IMG/VR virus record: IMGVR_UViG_3300031576_000019
Span: 1-64,000 of that record
Direction: 5' to 3' (one strand)
Source of the DNA: a virus
Length of the DNA: 64,000 bases
In this document: piece after piece, positions 47,133-56,913 of the stretch
How positions within the stretch are numbered: position 1 is the stretch's first letter
How the letters are laid out: every line of letters starts with the position of its first letter
Position numbers and translations under genes: made by a program
The notes under the pieces: model-generated
The model's database searches: none
Seen by the model: the letters and a program-made list of their open reading frames with translations, nothing else
What the model was told of the DNA's origin: nothing

Positions 47133-47510
47133 ATGAACATCACCATCCACTGCCCCTACTGCCGTAAAGATAAGCACATCACCGATCATCGCGGCTCGTG
47201 GCCCAAGCGCTGTCGGGATGAGGCCTGTCGGCAAGCTCATAATCGCGCATACATTAAGGCACGGCGGGCCAATCCCCAACCCATCAAAGCTCATCGTAAG
47301 CGCAAGTCAGGTGAACGCCTGACGACCTTCTATATCGTTAGTGACCCTGACACGGAAATAGGTTTCCTGTCGGGCGCGCGTATTAATGCGGTCGAGGCGA
47401 CACTTGAACTTGGATGCTTCTCTCCTAACACTATCCTCAAACAAGCTGGACACCATTTCCGAGTAACTGGTGAGATTGGTAGTAATCAGACTCTACAGGA
47501 GATACCATGA
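47133..47510 (+). CDS. Hypothetical Zn-binding basic protein
   Basis: CPYC...CRDEAC. Confidence 0.6.
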   Translation: MNITIHCPYCRKDKHITDHRGSWPKRCRDEACRQAHNRAYIKARRANPQPIKAHRKRKSGERLTTFYIVSDPDTEIGFLSGARINAVEATLELGCFSPNTILKQAGHHFRVTGEIGSNQTLQEIP

Positions 47511-47998
47511 ATATTGATATTGAAATCCAATTGCTTCGGGCATTGGTGGAAAATCTACCCACCTATCGCCAACAACGGCAATGTTCATCCAAAGGAGGCA
47601 AGGGCGGGCAGGCAGTATTGATCGTGATGCCCTTTCAGAAAATCCTCACCGACAAATCCCGCGAGATGCGCCTGGACTGTCTCAAACTCATATTTCCCTT
47701 TGGCCCGTCTGGGCCTGTCACTAGCACCAACAGTCTCAGTGACGCTGAGACGCATGTGCTTATCAACTACTTCTATGATGTCGATAATGGCGAAGGCGTT
47801 ACAGCCTCCACCCAACTCTCGGCAGAGGCTTGGAGCCTCATTCCTCTTCTTGAACAACAGGTGTTGGAGAATGGCCGTCAAGCGCTGATTGCACAGGGCC
47901 AACTTGAACTGCCAGTGGTTAACCCTGACCCCTTCTCCCAATTCTACGCTTTATCTCTGACCGAAAAGCGGGCCCTGATGTACGGAGAACCTGAATGA
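47507..47998 (+). CDS. Hypothetical protein
   Basis: 163 aa, AGGAG RBS. Confidence 0.6.
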   Translation: MNIDIEIQLLRALVENLPTYRQQRQCSSKGGKGGQAVLIVMPFQKILTDKSREMRLDCLKLIFPFGPSGPVTSTNSLSDAETHVLINYFYDVDNGEGVTASTQLSAEAWSLIPLLEQQVLENGRQALIAQGQLELPVVNPDPFSQFYALSLTEKRALMYGEPE

Positions 47999-48180
47999 AT
48001 AACCAGTGGGAATATCGCTACGCCAGCACAACCTCATTCTCGGTTAGCCCGGAAAAGTTTTTGACGCTTCTTAACAAACTTGGCCAGGAAGGCTGGGAAG
48101 TCGTCTGCAATCTGCCATTTGAGCGTTTGCTTCTCAAACGCCAACTTGATACCGAAATTCCGATAGAGGAGGAAAGATGA
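47995..48180 (+). CDS. DUF4177-like small protein
   Basis: QWEYR..LNKLGQEGWEVV..LLKRQ. Confidence 0.7.
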   Translation: MNNQWEYRYASTTSFSVSPEKFLTLLNKLGQEGWEVVCNLPFERLLLKRQLDTEIPIEEER

Positions 48181-49100
48181 TTATCGCTATTGACGTTGAC
48201 GACACCGTAGCCGAACTGGTCCCGGCCTGGTTGAATGCTTACAATGACAAATACTCTGGTGATGGCCCAGACTTGAAGTATGACGAGATCGCTTACTGGA
48301 CCGCCATTCCTGATAAAGCCAGATGCGGGGCAAAAGTCTATAACCTACTAACCAGTGATCTCTATAACAACGTGAAGCCAATCAATGGCGCGTGTCAGGC
48401 TGTAGACAAGCTTGTTTCCGCTGGTCACGAAATCTGGTTTGCCACAACCGCCATGAGAGAACACGCTGGAGCAAAAGCGACCTGGCTTCGACGGCACAGT
48501 TTTATCAACGACATCTATTCGCCTGAAACTATCGCTCCCATCTACATTGAGACACCCGACAAGACTCGTCTCAGAGCCGACATCATTGTGGACGACAAAC
48601 CAGAGACGGTTGAGAGGTTTCCCGGCTACGCCATTTTGTACGATAGGCCCTGGAATCAGGAGTGTCGGACAATCCGACGCGCGCACAATTGGGAAGAGGT
48701 GTTGAAATTCATTGGTGACATTGAGCCACTCAACAAGGCTCAACAAGGCTCAACTGGTCAGAGAGAGCGTTTCCGACATACTACCGAGGACCGGTGCCCG
48801 GAACAGACTCAAGCGTTCCGAGAACTCATCGAGGCTATGTATCAGACCCATCTCGACAAAAATGCTGATTATTCACCAGCTAACATTTTGGCGACTGGCC
48901 AGGTTGGATTAGTCACGCGGTTGTGGGACAAGACGGCTCGTCTCCTTAACCTGCAAGGGTTTCGGTTCTCCATTGAAGAGGCGGGCACCTATGAGCCACC
49001 ACGCCAACCCAAGAACGAGTCCATCGAAGATACCTATATGGACCTGGCTGTGTATGCCCTTATTGGCCTGATTGTGCGCCAAGGCAAATGGGGCAAGTGA
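48177..49100 (+). CDS. HAD 5'(3')-deoxyribonucleotidase fused to a DUF1599/Nmad1-like helical domain
   Basis: IAIDVDDTV, IVDDKP, PWN; C-terminal KNADYS..RLWDKTARL..ESIEDTYMDLAVYALI. Confidence 0.8.
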   Translation: MIIAIDVDDTVAELVPAWLNAYNDKYSGDGPDLKYDEIAYWTAIPDKARCGAKVYNLLTSDLYNNVKPINGACQAVDKLVSAGHEIWFATTAMREHAGAKATWLRRHSFINDIYSPETIAPIYIETPDKTRLRADIIVDDKPETVERFPGYAILYDRPWNQECRTIRRAHNWEEVLKFIGDIEPLNKAQQGSTGQRERFRHTTEDRCPEQTQAFRELIEAMYQTHLDKNADYSPANILATGQVGLVTRLWDKTARLLNLQGFRFSIEEAGTYEPPRQPKNESIEDTYMDLAVYALIGLIVRQGKWGK

Positions 49101-49296
49101 AGCCAACCATGAAATACCACTACCTATATGTGTTGAGTGAAAATCCCATTAATCCCTTGTATCCACCGCGCGTGCTTGTAGATATTGAGGCGAGTGGTCA
49201 ATTAACCCTGACGCCGCTCAACGAACTAAGCGATCTGGGCTGGAATGTGCTTTGTCAAATCTCTGGCACTGGCCCTGACCTGGTTTACTTGCTCAA

Positions 49297-49752
49297 ATGA
49301 CTCCTCAACGCGCCACCCTCAAGGCCCTGAAACTGGAAACAAACCGTCGCTTCATCGCCCCCAACCCACACCCACCCTCAGACCGAGGGTGGGTTAGTCT
49401 CGGCGCTATCCCTAAACGCGCGGGTTACTACAACCAATGTGAGCTCTGTGGGGCTTTCGGTTTCAACCTGCGTTTTGATCTGCATGAAGTAATCGTTACG
49501 CGGGCTGATGTGCGTGGAAATAAGGCCCTTGGCGAAATGATAACAGAGGCCGAGGAGAACACGCTCCTCGTCTGTCAGCATTGCAACTCCGGCGTGGCAA
49601 ATCGAGCCGAGGGTCACCGCGACTTTCTCGTGGGAAAACTGGTTGAACAGTACGGCTTCGCCAAAGTCTATAACTGGGTAGCGGGCTTGCCCATGAAGAA
49701 CAAGCAGGAATATCTGGAAAGGGTCCAGGCCCACAATTGCTCCAAAACGTGA
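49297..49752 (+). CDS. HNH/NinG-like nuclease
   Basis: CELCG..DLHE..NTLLVCQHCN. Confidence 0.6.
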   Translation: MTPQRATLKALKLETNRRFIAPNPHPPSDRGWVSLGAIPKRAGYYNQCELCGAFGFNLRFDLHEVIVTRADVRGNKALGEMITEAEENTLLVCQHCNSGVANRAEGHRDFLVGKLVEQYGFAKVYNWVAGLPMKNKQEYLERVQAHNCSKT

Positions 49753-49778
49753 ACTATTGTTCACGTTTCTGGTATAGT
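49749..49778 (+). promoter_or_regulatory. Operator plus extended -10 promoter
   Basis: GTGAACTATTGTTCAC-gtttcTGG-TATAGT (contains GAAC-N4-GTTC). Confidence 0.7.
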
Positions 49779-49816
49779 ACGGCTATCTGTTACTCACTTA
49801 TCTTTCAGGAGAAAGT

Positions 49817-50827
49817 ATGTCATACACCGTAACTTCAAGCAGAAACGTGAACATGCGGAACAAAAAGATTATTCTGTGGGGCGGCCCCGGTTCGCGCAAG
49901 ACGGAAACAGTCCTTCGGAACTTCCCGAATGTCTTGCTCATTGATAGCGAGGGGAACTCAGACCAGTGTGTAGATGTTCCAGAAATCCCGGAATTTCTAC
50001 AAGTCAAGACCAAGGATGTTGAGGTGGCCCGCCAGATATTAGTGGATGTGGGCACAAGCAAAGCCAAAATGCCAGATGGTCAACTGATTGAGACGGTCTG
50101 CATTGACTCCGAAACTCTTTTGTGGTGGGTGCGCCAAGAGTTTGGCGCTAATGTCGCCGAAAGCCGGGCCGTGCGCTACAACCGTAGCAAAGACGAGGCT
50201 AATATGACACAGGCCGATTGGAATATCTCCAAGCGGCCACTCAAAGAATTCCACACTTCATTGGCCAATTGCCCGGTGCGCTACATTGTGTTGATTGGAC
50301 GTGAGAAGGACCAATATGTCCAACGTCCAGGCTCCTCAAAGCCTGACGATAAAATCAAAGTTGGTGTAGAAGCCGACTTGATGAAGGGAACTGACTATGA
50401 AGCTAATCTCAGTTTCCGGTTTGGTTACGAGGATATTTTGGCCGAGAACCAAGCCCCAAAACCGGGGCCGTGGTTTTGTGAAGTCACCAAGGTGCAGGGT
50501 TCGCTCGGAAAAGAACTTGCCAAAGGCAAGCGTTTCAAGGAGTTTCCTTGGAGCATTATCCAGAAACACAGTCAGGTCTTGAAGCCATCTGTTGGCGCCG
50601 AGACGAGCGATGCGGGCACGGGTAGGGCGGGCGCAGAGGCGCTAGAGTCGGCCAGCAAGACCGAGGAGTGGACGAAGGCGGAAGCGGGTGTCAAGCGCAA
50701 ACGGTTTGAGTTGGAGGCCCAATCCATCACTCCCAGCTGGAAGAAAGTCTTCACCGACGCCAAGTTAGGGTATGACCCCGACAAAGAAGCCGAGTTGCTG
50801 GAGTTGCTTCGTAAGAGTGTTGCCTAA
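49817..50827 (+). CDS. AAA_24 / Sak4-like ATPase
   Basis: LWGGPGSRKT, LIDSEG, VCIDS. Confidence 0.75.
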   Translation: MSYTVTSSRNVNMRNKKIILWGGPGSRKTETVLRNFPNVLLIDSEGNSDQCVDVPEIPEFLQVKTKDVEVARQILVDVGTSKAKMPDGQLIETVCIDSETLLWWVRQEFGANVAESRAVRYNRSKDEANMTQADWNISKRPLKEFHTSLANCPVRYIVLIGREKDQYVQRPGSSKPDDKIKVGVEADLMKGTDYEANLSFRFGYEDILAENQAPKPGPWFCEVTKVQGSLGKELAKGKRFKEFPWSIIQKHSQVLKPSVGAETSDAGTGRAGAEALESASKTEEWTKAEAGVKRKRFELEAQSITPSWKKVFTDAKLGYDPDKEAELLELLRKSVA

Positions 50828-51111
50828 GATGGAAGAAGGAGCATGAGTGACCCTGCGGAGGAATTCCAAGCACTCTTTCAAAGGCAGGCTTTAGCAGATC
50901 GACTACTCAATCGGGCGCGACTTGTGATAGAGGCGTTTCTCAGAATACACATCCAAGAAGCCATCTACCCCACCGAGAACGAGCTAGCCGCGGGGTGCGC
51001 CACTTGGATTAGCAATCATGAGTCGCCCCGATTGGGCTGTCCTCAGGAGGAACTCGCGCAAGTGTTGTACCTAACTTATCTGCTTGGTTATTTCCGTGGA
51101 GTAAAAGAGAT

Positions 51112-51858
51112 ATGAGCACATTCACCTCTAACTTGGAGGGAAAACTACTCGACATAATCAGCGCGACTACACCCTGGCTGGCGCCACTCATGCCAGCCTA
51201 CATGGCCTGGTACAACATGATCCACGTCTTGGAGTGGCCTCCTTTGTTGGCCTTTTTTGGGGCGACTACTATTGAATTCTTGGGCCTAAGCACCGTCCAT
51301 ACCACATTCCAGTTCTGGACGTACAACGAGGCCCGTCAGTATCGCTTCCAGACGGCCTTGGACAGCCTTACAAAGAACAAGCGTGCTAAGAAGGCCGTCC
51401 GGGGGGCATCCGGCCTTGCCAAGACGCGCCTGACGGCCTTAGCGGGGGGCTTTTACCTGACTCTCGTAATTGTGGTGAACGTAATCCTGGACTTGAAGTC
51501 ACCCCCAGAGCAGATTATAGCCAAAGTCCTGCTCTCGCTGATTTCCATTGTGGCCGCTATTACGCTAGCTCTGCGCGCTCAACACAAGCGTCAGTTGGCC
51601 GAAGTGGAACAGTTGCGAGAGAACCGTAGAGTTGCAAGGGTGGTTTCACGGAAACCAAATGAACCAGTAATAGTTGCACCCCAACGGGCCAAAGACAAAG
51701 TGCGGGATTACTTGGCGGGGAACCCCAACATGGCCCATAGACCCACCGAATTGGCTCGTCTTCTGGGCCTCAGTGAGGGTACGGTTAAGTCGGCTATTCA
51801 TAGAATGGAAAAAGTAAACAACAATGATGCGCTAATCCCTTCTGTAATCGTGAGTTGA
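51112..51858 (+). CDS. Membrane protein with C-terminal HTH
   Basis: About 4 TM segments; PTELARLLGLSEGTVKSAI. Confidence 0.7.
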   Translation: MSTFTSNLEGKLLDIISATTPWLAPLMPAYMAWYNMIHVLEWPPLLAFFGATTIEFLGLSTVHTTFQFWTYNEARQYRFQTALDSLTKNKRAKKAVRGASGLAKTRLTALAGGFYLTLVIVVNVILDLKSPPEQIIAKVLLSLISIVAAITLALRAQHKRQLAEVEQLRENRRVARVVSRKPNEPVIVAPQRAKDKVRDYLAGNPNMAHRPTELARLLGLSEGTVKSAIHRMEKVNNNDALIPSVIVS

Positions 51859-52111
51859 ATGGCGGAGTAAAAGAGGCACCGCTCTCAAAGAAGGCCCAGG
51901 CATGTGCCCGCGACCATGCCTATTACGAATGCACTGCCATTGAGTGCATCCAAAACGCTATCACAAAAAGCCACAAACGCCCATTGCACAAATGAGGCAC
52001 AAGAATCGCTCAGGATCACCAGAAGTTTCGCCAGGGTGACACACTTGGGTCCGTCGCGAATAGTCTAGAAACAGAAAACGTCTGCTTGAGAACAGAGTAG
52101 GAAGTGGTGAA

Positions 52112-52567
52112 ATGACATTTGATGAGTTTTTCGACGGTGAAAAGGGTAGTCTGGTTGACATTGCCTATACAAAGGCCGAGTGCAGAGAAATTGAAGATGC
52201 GTTTAGAATCGTCTTTCAGTTCGCCCGGGCCACTACGCTGGAAGAGTGCGTGAAAATAATCCGCCAATGTGCGAAAGATTGGGCCATGTTGTCGAACGTT
52301 GAACTAGATGAAAAATATGGCGAGCTGGACTCAGCCACCGTAGCGGAGCTCGCTATCGCCGTCATTGAATCTACCGCAAAACCGATTGAATTTGTAGTAG
52401 AGGAGGTAGAAGAATGTATGTGTGAACACTCTTTCAGTGTCCACTCCTCTGGTGGGTGCTCCAAATGTGGCTGTCTTTGGGCGGAGACATGGGAAGACTA
52501 TATGTCTCGTAGAGAGAATGAGGCCTCCCCCACCCTGCCGAAAAGCCCTTCCGGGGCCCAAGAGTAG
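52112..52567 (+). CDS. Hypothetical protein
   Basis: 151 aa with CMCEH..H..CSKCGC. Confidence 0.55.
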   Translation: MTFDEFFDGEKGSLVDIAYTKAECREIEDAFRIVFQFARATTLEECVKIIRQCAKDWAMLSNVELDEKYGELDSATVAELAIAVIESTAKPIEFVVEEVEECMCEHSFSVHSSGGCSKCGCLWAETWEDYMSRRENEASPTLPKSPSGAQE

Positions 52568-53332
52568 GGGGTTTTGGACAACCAAATGGCCAAGAAAACC
52601 AAAACAACTAAAACAACCACTCCAAGAGCGCGTCTAAAACTTCTACATAACGAGCTCAGGTTTCTCCAGATGCGCGAGTGTCAACGCAGTATGCTGGCAA
52701 AAAGGAAGACAACATGGACATCTTGATGAGCACTGTCTTTTGCGCGACCTGTAGCATCCCCTTTACCGCCGCCAGTGATTTTATTGAGCGCCGCCAACAA
52801 GATCACGCTACGTTTTGGTGTCCGGCTGGACACGCAAACTGCTTCAATTCCCCGTAACGCAATAGCACCCGAGCCGGGGAGAAGTGAGACGAAATGAAAT
52901 TTAGATTTCAATTAGGTCGACGGGCAAATCGAGAATAGGAATTTATCTTTGCTATTACTGTGCCAAATTCCATCTAATCAAGCGCCAGAACCTTCTTGGC
53001 ATTATTCTGACAATGTAGTTGCTCGTCAACAATTGGTCCGGGCCGCGATGTTACTTGTTCGCCGTAAACGCGCCAGTCTTAAAAAGAGGAAAACTGCCAT
53101 TTGAAATAATGTAGTTGCAAGTGAAATTAATGTGCCGAACCTCATATTATGATATTCAGTACAGCACGCCAGACTCCTACCTCACCTAAAGCGAGACCTC
53201 GAGAAGGGCTAGGGCGCGCACGCGCCGGAAAGAAAACGAAGACGCCCTGAAAGAATAATCTAGTGCCCCACCTACACATTACTGGTGAAATTTTGCGCTG
53301 GAATAACATGCCCGAATAAATGGGCGGTCTTA

Positions 53333-54805
53333 TCAAGCCAAATTATCAAGAGTAAGTCTAAGCTCACCTTGCATGACATAAACAGCCGGTAGAGCCGTTC
53401 TTATAATATCAATCGCCTCTCCCAGATCCCCATCAAAAAGACCGGGCGCGCGCAGAATCTCCAGCGCCTCATCAATATCCATACTCTCAAGGGCCTCGTT
53501 GGTAATCAGATTCAAGCCCGCAATTTCAGCCCTGAGCGCCTCGGCTTTGCGCGACTTCTCTTTCACTTGGTCTTCTAAGACGACGCGCGCACCCTGGAAT
53601 ACCAGCGATTCAATAGACCTGGAAAACCCCGCAATCTCGTTATCCAGCATGGCAAGTTCTCCTTGCAGACGGGTCAGACCCTTGGCGGTTTCCGGTCCGA
53701 CGCTAAAAGAGTCGTCGGCATAGTACGCCTCCAATTCTTCGCGCGTTACACTCCTAAACATATCTTCCAGGGCCTCCACAATTTTGTGCTCATACATTGA
53801 ATTGGAGACATGAGGAATCTCCATCCCCGAATTCCGGGAGGCTACCCGGTTGAGGTAATGGGCGCACCCATAATTAGGAATACTCCGACCCCTAATCCAG
53901 CTGACTCCCCCTCGCCGCATCGGGCCACCACATAAGCCACAAAACAAAAAGTCCCGGAAAGGAGAACTCTGCCACCGGCCACGCGGGTGTTCACGCCGAC
54001 GCCGAGCAATCTCCAATTCCACCCTTAGACAAGTCTCGGCATCCCACATCTTGGGATGCCGGCCAGGAGACAGGACTCCGTTATAGACCGAGAAACCCCT
54101 ATACCAAGGGCTATTGATAATCCTCGTCACATGGCCGTATTTGAGTTGACGGCTACTTCCAGGCGGGAGCGGCAAGCGCCGCCATATTTCAATGTAGGAC
54201 ATGCCAGACAATAGATACTCGGCCAGCGTAGTAAACCACATTCGCCAGCCCTCATCAATGACATACCCCACCGTCTTTCCAGAATCATCCCGGACACTGT
54301 TGTAGCCAATCGCGCCGTTCCCGCCATGGTGCATCCCGCGTTTAGCTCGCCCCTCATGGCCCATTCGTATCCTGTCCCGGATTCGATCCAGTTCCATCTT
54401 GTTGACTGCCGCTAAAAGGTAAAATGTCCGCAGGTCAAAATTACCGGAAACCAGGATAACCTGTATGCGTGTCTGTTCAAGCATATCCCCAAATGGAACG
54501 GCGGGCCGCACTCCCCGACACAGCCGATCATCCGTCCTGGCATAGATCAACTCATACTTCTGAGCGTAGCCGTCTGCAATCAGACGCAGAAACTCCGGTC
54601 GATCAGCCCGCTCACCCCCTGGTTCTACCCAGCGCCTCCCCACTCGATAGCGCTTGTTGTCCACATACTGGTCAATAATTTCTACCCCATCCCTGATCGC
54701 ACGCTTGCGCGAGTCCTCCAGCTGAACCGGGATGGAGACTTTATCCTCCCCGCCCTGTCCCTCGCTGTCACTTATCCTGGCGTAGACAACGCCTCTCTTG
54801 CTCAT
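53333..54805 (-). CDS. Large serine recombinase (integrase)
   Basis: YARIS catalytic motif, RPEF, DRLCR, recombinase domain, Zn ribbon CGLCG, coiled coil. Confidence 0.92.
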   Translation of the reverse strand: MSKRGVVYARISDSEGQGGEDKVSIPVQLEDSRKRAIRDGVEIIDQYVDNKRYRVGRRWVEPGGERADRPEFLRLIADGYAQKYELIYARTDDRLCRGVRPAVPFGDMLEQTRIQVILVSGNFDLRTFYLLAAVNKMELDRIRDRIRMGHEGRAKRGMHHGGNGAIGYNSVRDDSGKTVGYVIDEGWRMWFTTLAEYLLSGMSYIEIWRRLPLPPGSSRQLKYGHVTRIINSPWYRGFSVYNGVLSPGRHPKMWDAETCLRVELEIARRRREHPRGRWQSSPFRDFLFCGLCGGPMRRGGVSWIRGRSIPNYGCAHYLNRVASRNSGMEIPHVSNSMYEHKIVEALEDMFRSVTREELEAYYADDSFSVGPETAKGLTRLQGELAMLDNEIAGFSRSIESLVFQGARVVLEDQVKEKSRKAEALRAEIAGLNLITNEALESMDIDEALEILRAPGLFDGDLGEAIDIIRTALPAVYVMQGELRLTLDNLA

Positions 54806-54865
54806 CTCGAATCTCCTCCAACTTGGAGGGAATCTAGCACAAGAGTCCTAAAACGCAAAACCGGC

Positions 54866-55186
54866 CTATTCAGCCGGTTGATAGACTTGCATATTCGGTC
54901 GAACTGTCCAGTCAGGGGACGCAAGTTGGGATACCCAAATCCTATTGCCCACATAGACATGGCGGGAGATGTAGGCCAGGTCAGCCAACGGCGAGCCAAA
55001 TGTTTCTAGTTTCCTGACAAACTCGTTCTGGCGCAGACCGATCTGCAGGAGTAGATCGCTAGCCACCTTCCACTCGCCTTGCGAACACAATCCCTCGCCC
55101 TCCATCTCCTTGCGTGAAATAGGCAACCGGGCGTGCGAACGAAACACCATTGCCTCCAATACCCGATCCAACCGATTAGCATCCAT
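54866..55186 (-). CDS. Hypothetical protein upstream of integrase
   Basis: 106 aa, AAGGAG RBS, TATAAT upstream. Confidence 0.6.
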   Translation of the reverse strand: MDANRLDRVLEAMVFRSHARLPISRKEMEGEGLCSQGEWKVASDLLLQIGLRQNEFVRKLETFGSPLADLAYISRHVYVGNRIWVSQLASPDWTVRPNMQVYQPAE

Positions 55187-55255
55187 CTCAATCTCCTTCT
55201 ACTTGTCATAATTATATCCCAAGTATATCCCAAATCGAGACTTGGGATATCTGCT

Positions 55256-55624
55256 CTACTCAGGCTTGGCCTCGGTCACCATAACCGGACCGAAGATGTT
55301 CAGGTCACGCACAGCGTCTTCAAGATAGGCAGTCAGAACAAGGCTGTCAATCCTGGGGAAACCCAAACGTTCCAATTCGGCCTCAATAAAGGTCAGCGCC
55401 GCGCGCTTTTTGATTAGTCCTTCCTCGGACGCGAAATACTGTTCGGCATAACCAACCCCGGTACGGATAACCGAAGACAGCAATTGACGTTGAGTTTCCG
55501 TGGCGTTGGCTTTCAGCCAATCACCCACGCCCAACTTGATGGTTGCAATCCAAGTCGCGCCCGCGCCTACGAGCAGGACCAGAATTGAGACAATGACACC
55601 GTTGATGAGAGATGCGAATTCCAT
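55256..55624 (-). CDS. Holin, LL-H-like
   Basis: N-terminal TM; VGYAEQ..GLIKKRAAL..YLEDAV. Confidence 0.7.
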   Translation of the reverse strand: MEFASLINGVIVSILVLLVGAGATWIATIKLGVGDWLKANATETQRQLLSSVIRTGVGYAEQYFASEEGLIKKRAALTFIEAELERLGFPRIDSLVLTAYLEDAVRDLNIFGPVMVTEAKPE

Positions 55625-55636
55625 GAGAGTTCTCCT

Positions 55637-55897
55637 TTATTTGTTGCGTAGACGTTCAACTTGGTTGGCAGCCTGGCGCAGGGCTTTGGCAAACTCGCGC
55701 GCCTGTGCTGGTGAATAGCCCGCTGTTAGGATAGGCTTGGGGAACCTCACCACCACCCGATCTTTATACTCAAAGCACTCAAATCGAATCGGCCCCTCAT
55801 CACCAGGCAGAGACAGGATATCCTCTACGGTCTCTTTCATCTGCGAATCCATCGCGGCCTGCACAGCGTGGTCAACTAAAAAATTAGAACTTTCCAT
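55637..55897 (-). CDS. Hypothetical protein
   Basis: MESSNFL... SPAQAREFAKALRQAA. Confidence 0.55.
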   Translation of the reverse strand: MESSNFLVDHAVQAAMDSQMKETVEDILSLPGDEGPIRFECFEYKDRVVVRFPKPILTAGYSPAQAREFAKALRQAANQVERLRNK

Positions 55898-55899
55898 GT

Positions 55900-56913
55900 C
55901 TATTCTCCGGTATAACCTTTGCCAATCTGAACGGCCAACTCCTGGCCCTCCAACCGGCATACTAATCGTCCGCCCATCTTCAAGAAACGGGCCGGGATAA
56001 TCTCGCTCCAATCCAGTGAGTAGCGCGCAAAGCCAAGGCCATGCACCCAGTTGGTCCAGGAACGTTTCATTTTCTTATAGTGTGGATGCAGATCGCACAG
56101 ACACCCACACTCCAAACCCTCAATCCCGTTGTCCATCACCACATGAGCAAAGCGGTGGTTATGGCCCACCATCACCGAGCGTACCACCCGTCCCCGCCGA
56201 TTGCCCGAGTCCGCAATCTCTGCCCGCACCGACTCGCCCGGCAGACTCTTTATTTTTGAGCCGTGGATGACCCGCAAGGTGTCGCCAGCCAAGAAGGCTT
56301 CAATTAACCGGCTTTCATCAATCGCAACCAGATTGTGGAATTTCAATTCATCAATCTCGGCTAGCTCAGGGGCCTTCCTGTAAATAAATCGCTGGTAGCG
56401 GGTATAAGTGTGATTGTCCATCACCCACCAGACCTCCGCATCCGGGGCCGCACTTTGCAGAGCTCGCCGCTTCAACTTTTCGTCCTTCAGCTCATCGGCT
56501 ACCGAATAACGCGGTCCGTCCGGTGCAAACTCGCCCAGCGTCTCAAAATCCATTGCGTCATTACCCCAAGTAATATGATTGGGAGCCATCAACTCAATGC
56601 ACTTGAGCGCCAGTTCCCACGCATACGGGTCAGCGTATAGGCCATGGGCATCGGTCGGGTTAGCCAACATCAACACCTCTTTCCCCACCGGGGGCTGATA
56701 TTCTGCTATTCGATGATTGGAAACAGCAGAAGCAGTATTGAGGGCTACGGGAGTAAAGGTGGTTGGAAGGTGATACTGACGATATTCCCTTAGTCGGCGA
56801 GAGAGCGTCTCGGGCCGCATTCCCAAACTTGCGGCAGTGGCAGAAACATCAAGACTACTATTACTGACCAGCTTAGTCTTTTGTTCATCTGTCAAATCAG
56901 TCCATGTCGCCAT
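55900..56913 (-). CDS. Metallophosphoesterase with N-terminal HTH
   Basis: TDAH, GNDAMD, DNH, IHG, GHNHR, GCLC, WVHG. Confidence 0.8.
   Translation of the reverse strand: MATWTDLTDEQKTKLVSNSSLDVSATAASLGMRPETLSRRLREYRQYHLPTTFTPVALNTASAVSNHRIAEYQPPVGKEVLMLANPTDAHGLYADPYAWELALKCIELMAPNHITWGNDAMDFETLGEFAPDGPRYSVADELKDEKLKRRALQSAAPDAEVWWVMDNHTYTRYQRFIYRKAPELAEIDELKFHNLVAIDESRLIEAFLAGDTLRVIHGSKIKSLPGESVRAEIADSGNRRGRVVRSVMVGHNHRFAHVVMDNGIEGLECGCLCDLHPHYKKMKRSWTNWVHGLGFARYSLDWSEIIPARFLKMGGRLVCRLEGQELAVQIGKGYTGE

Larger units (their letters stand above)
12971..50813 (+). repeat. Dispersed strand-polarised motif (AG)TTGCTTCGCA(GA)
   Basis: Exact 10-mer at 12971, 15824, 15895, 18309, 18738, 20348, 22433, 31126, 36621, 45023; variants at 17202, 23123, 50804. 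Confidence 0.85.
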
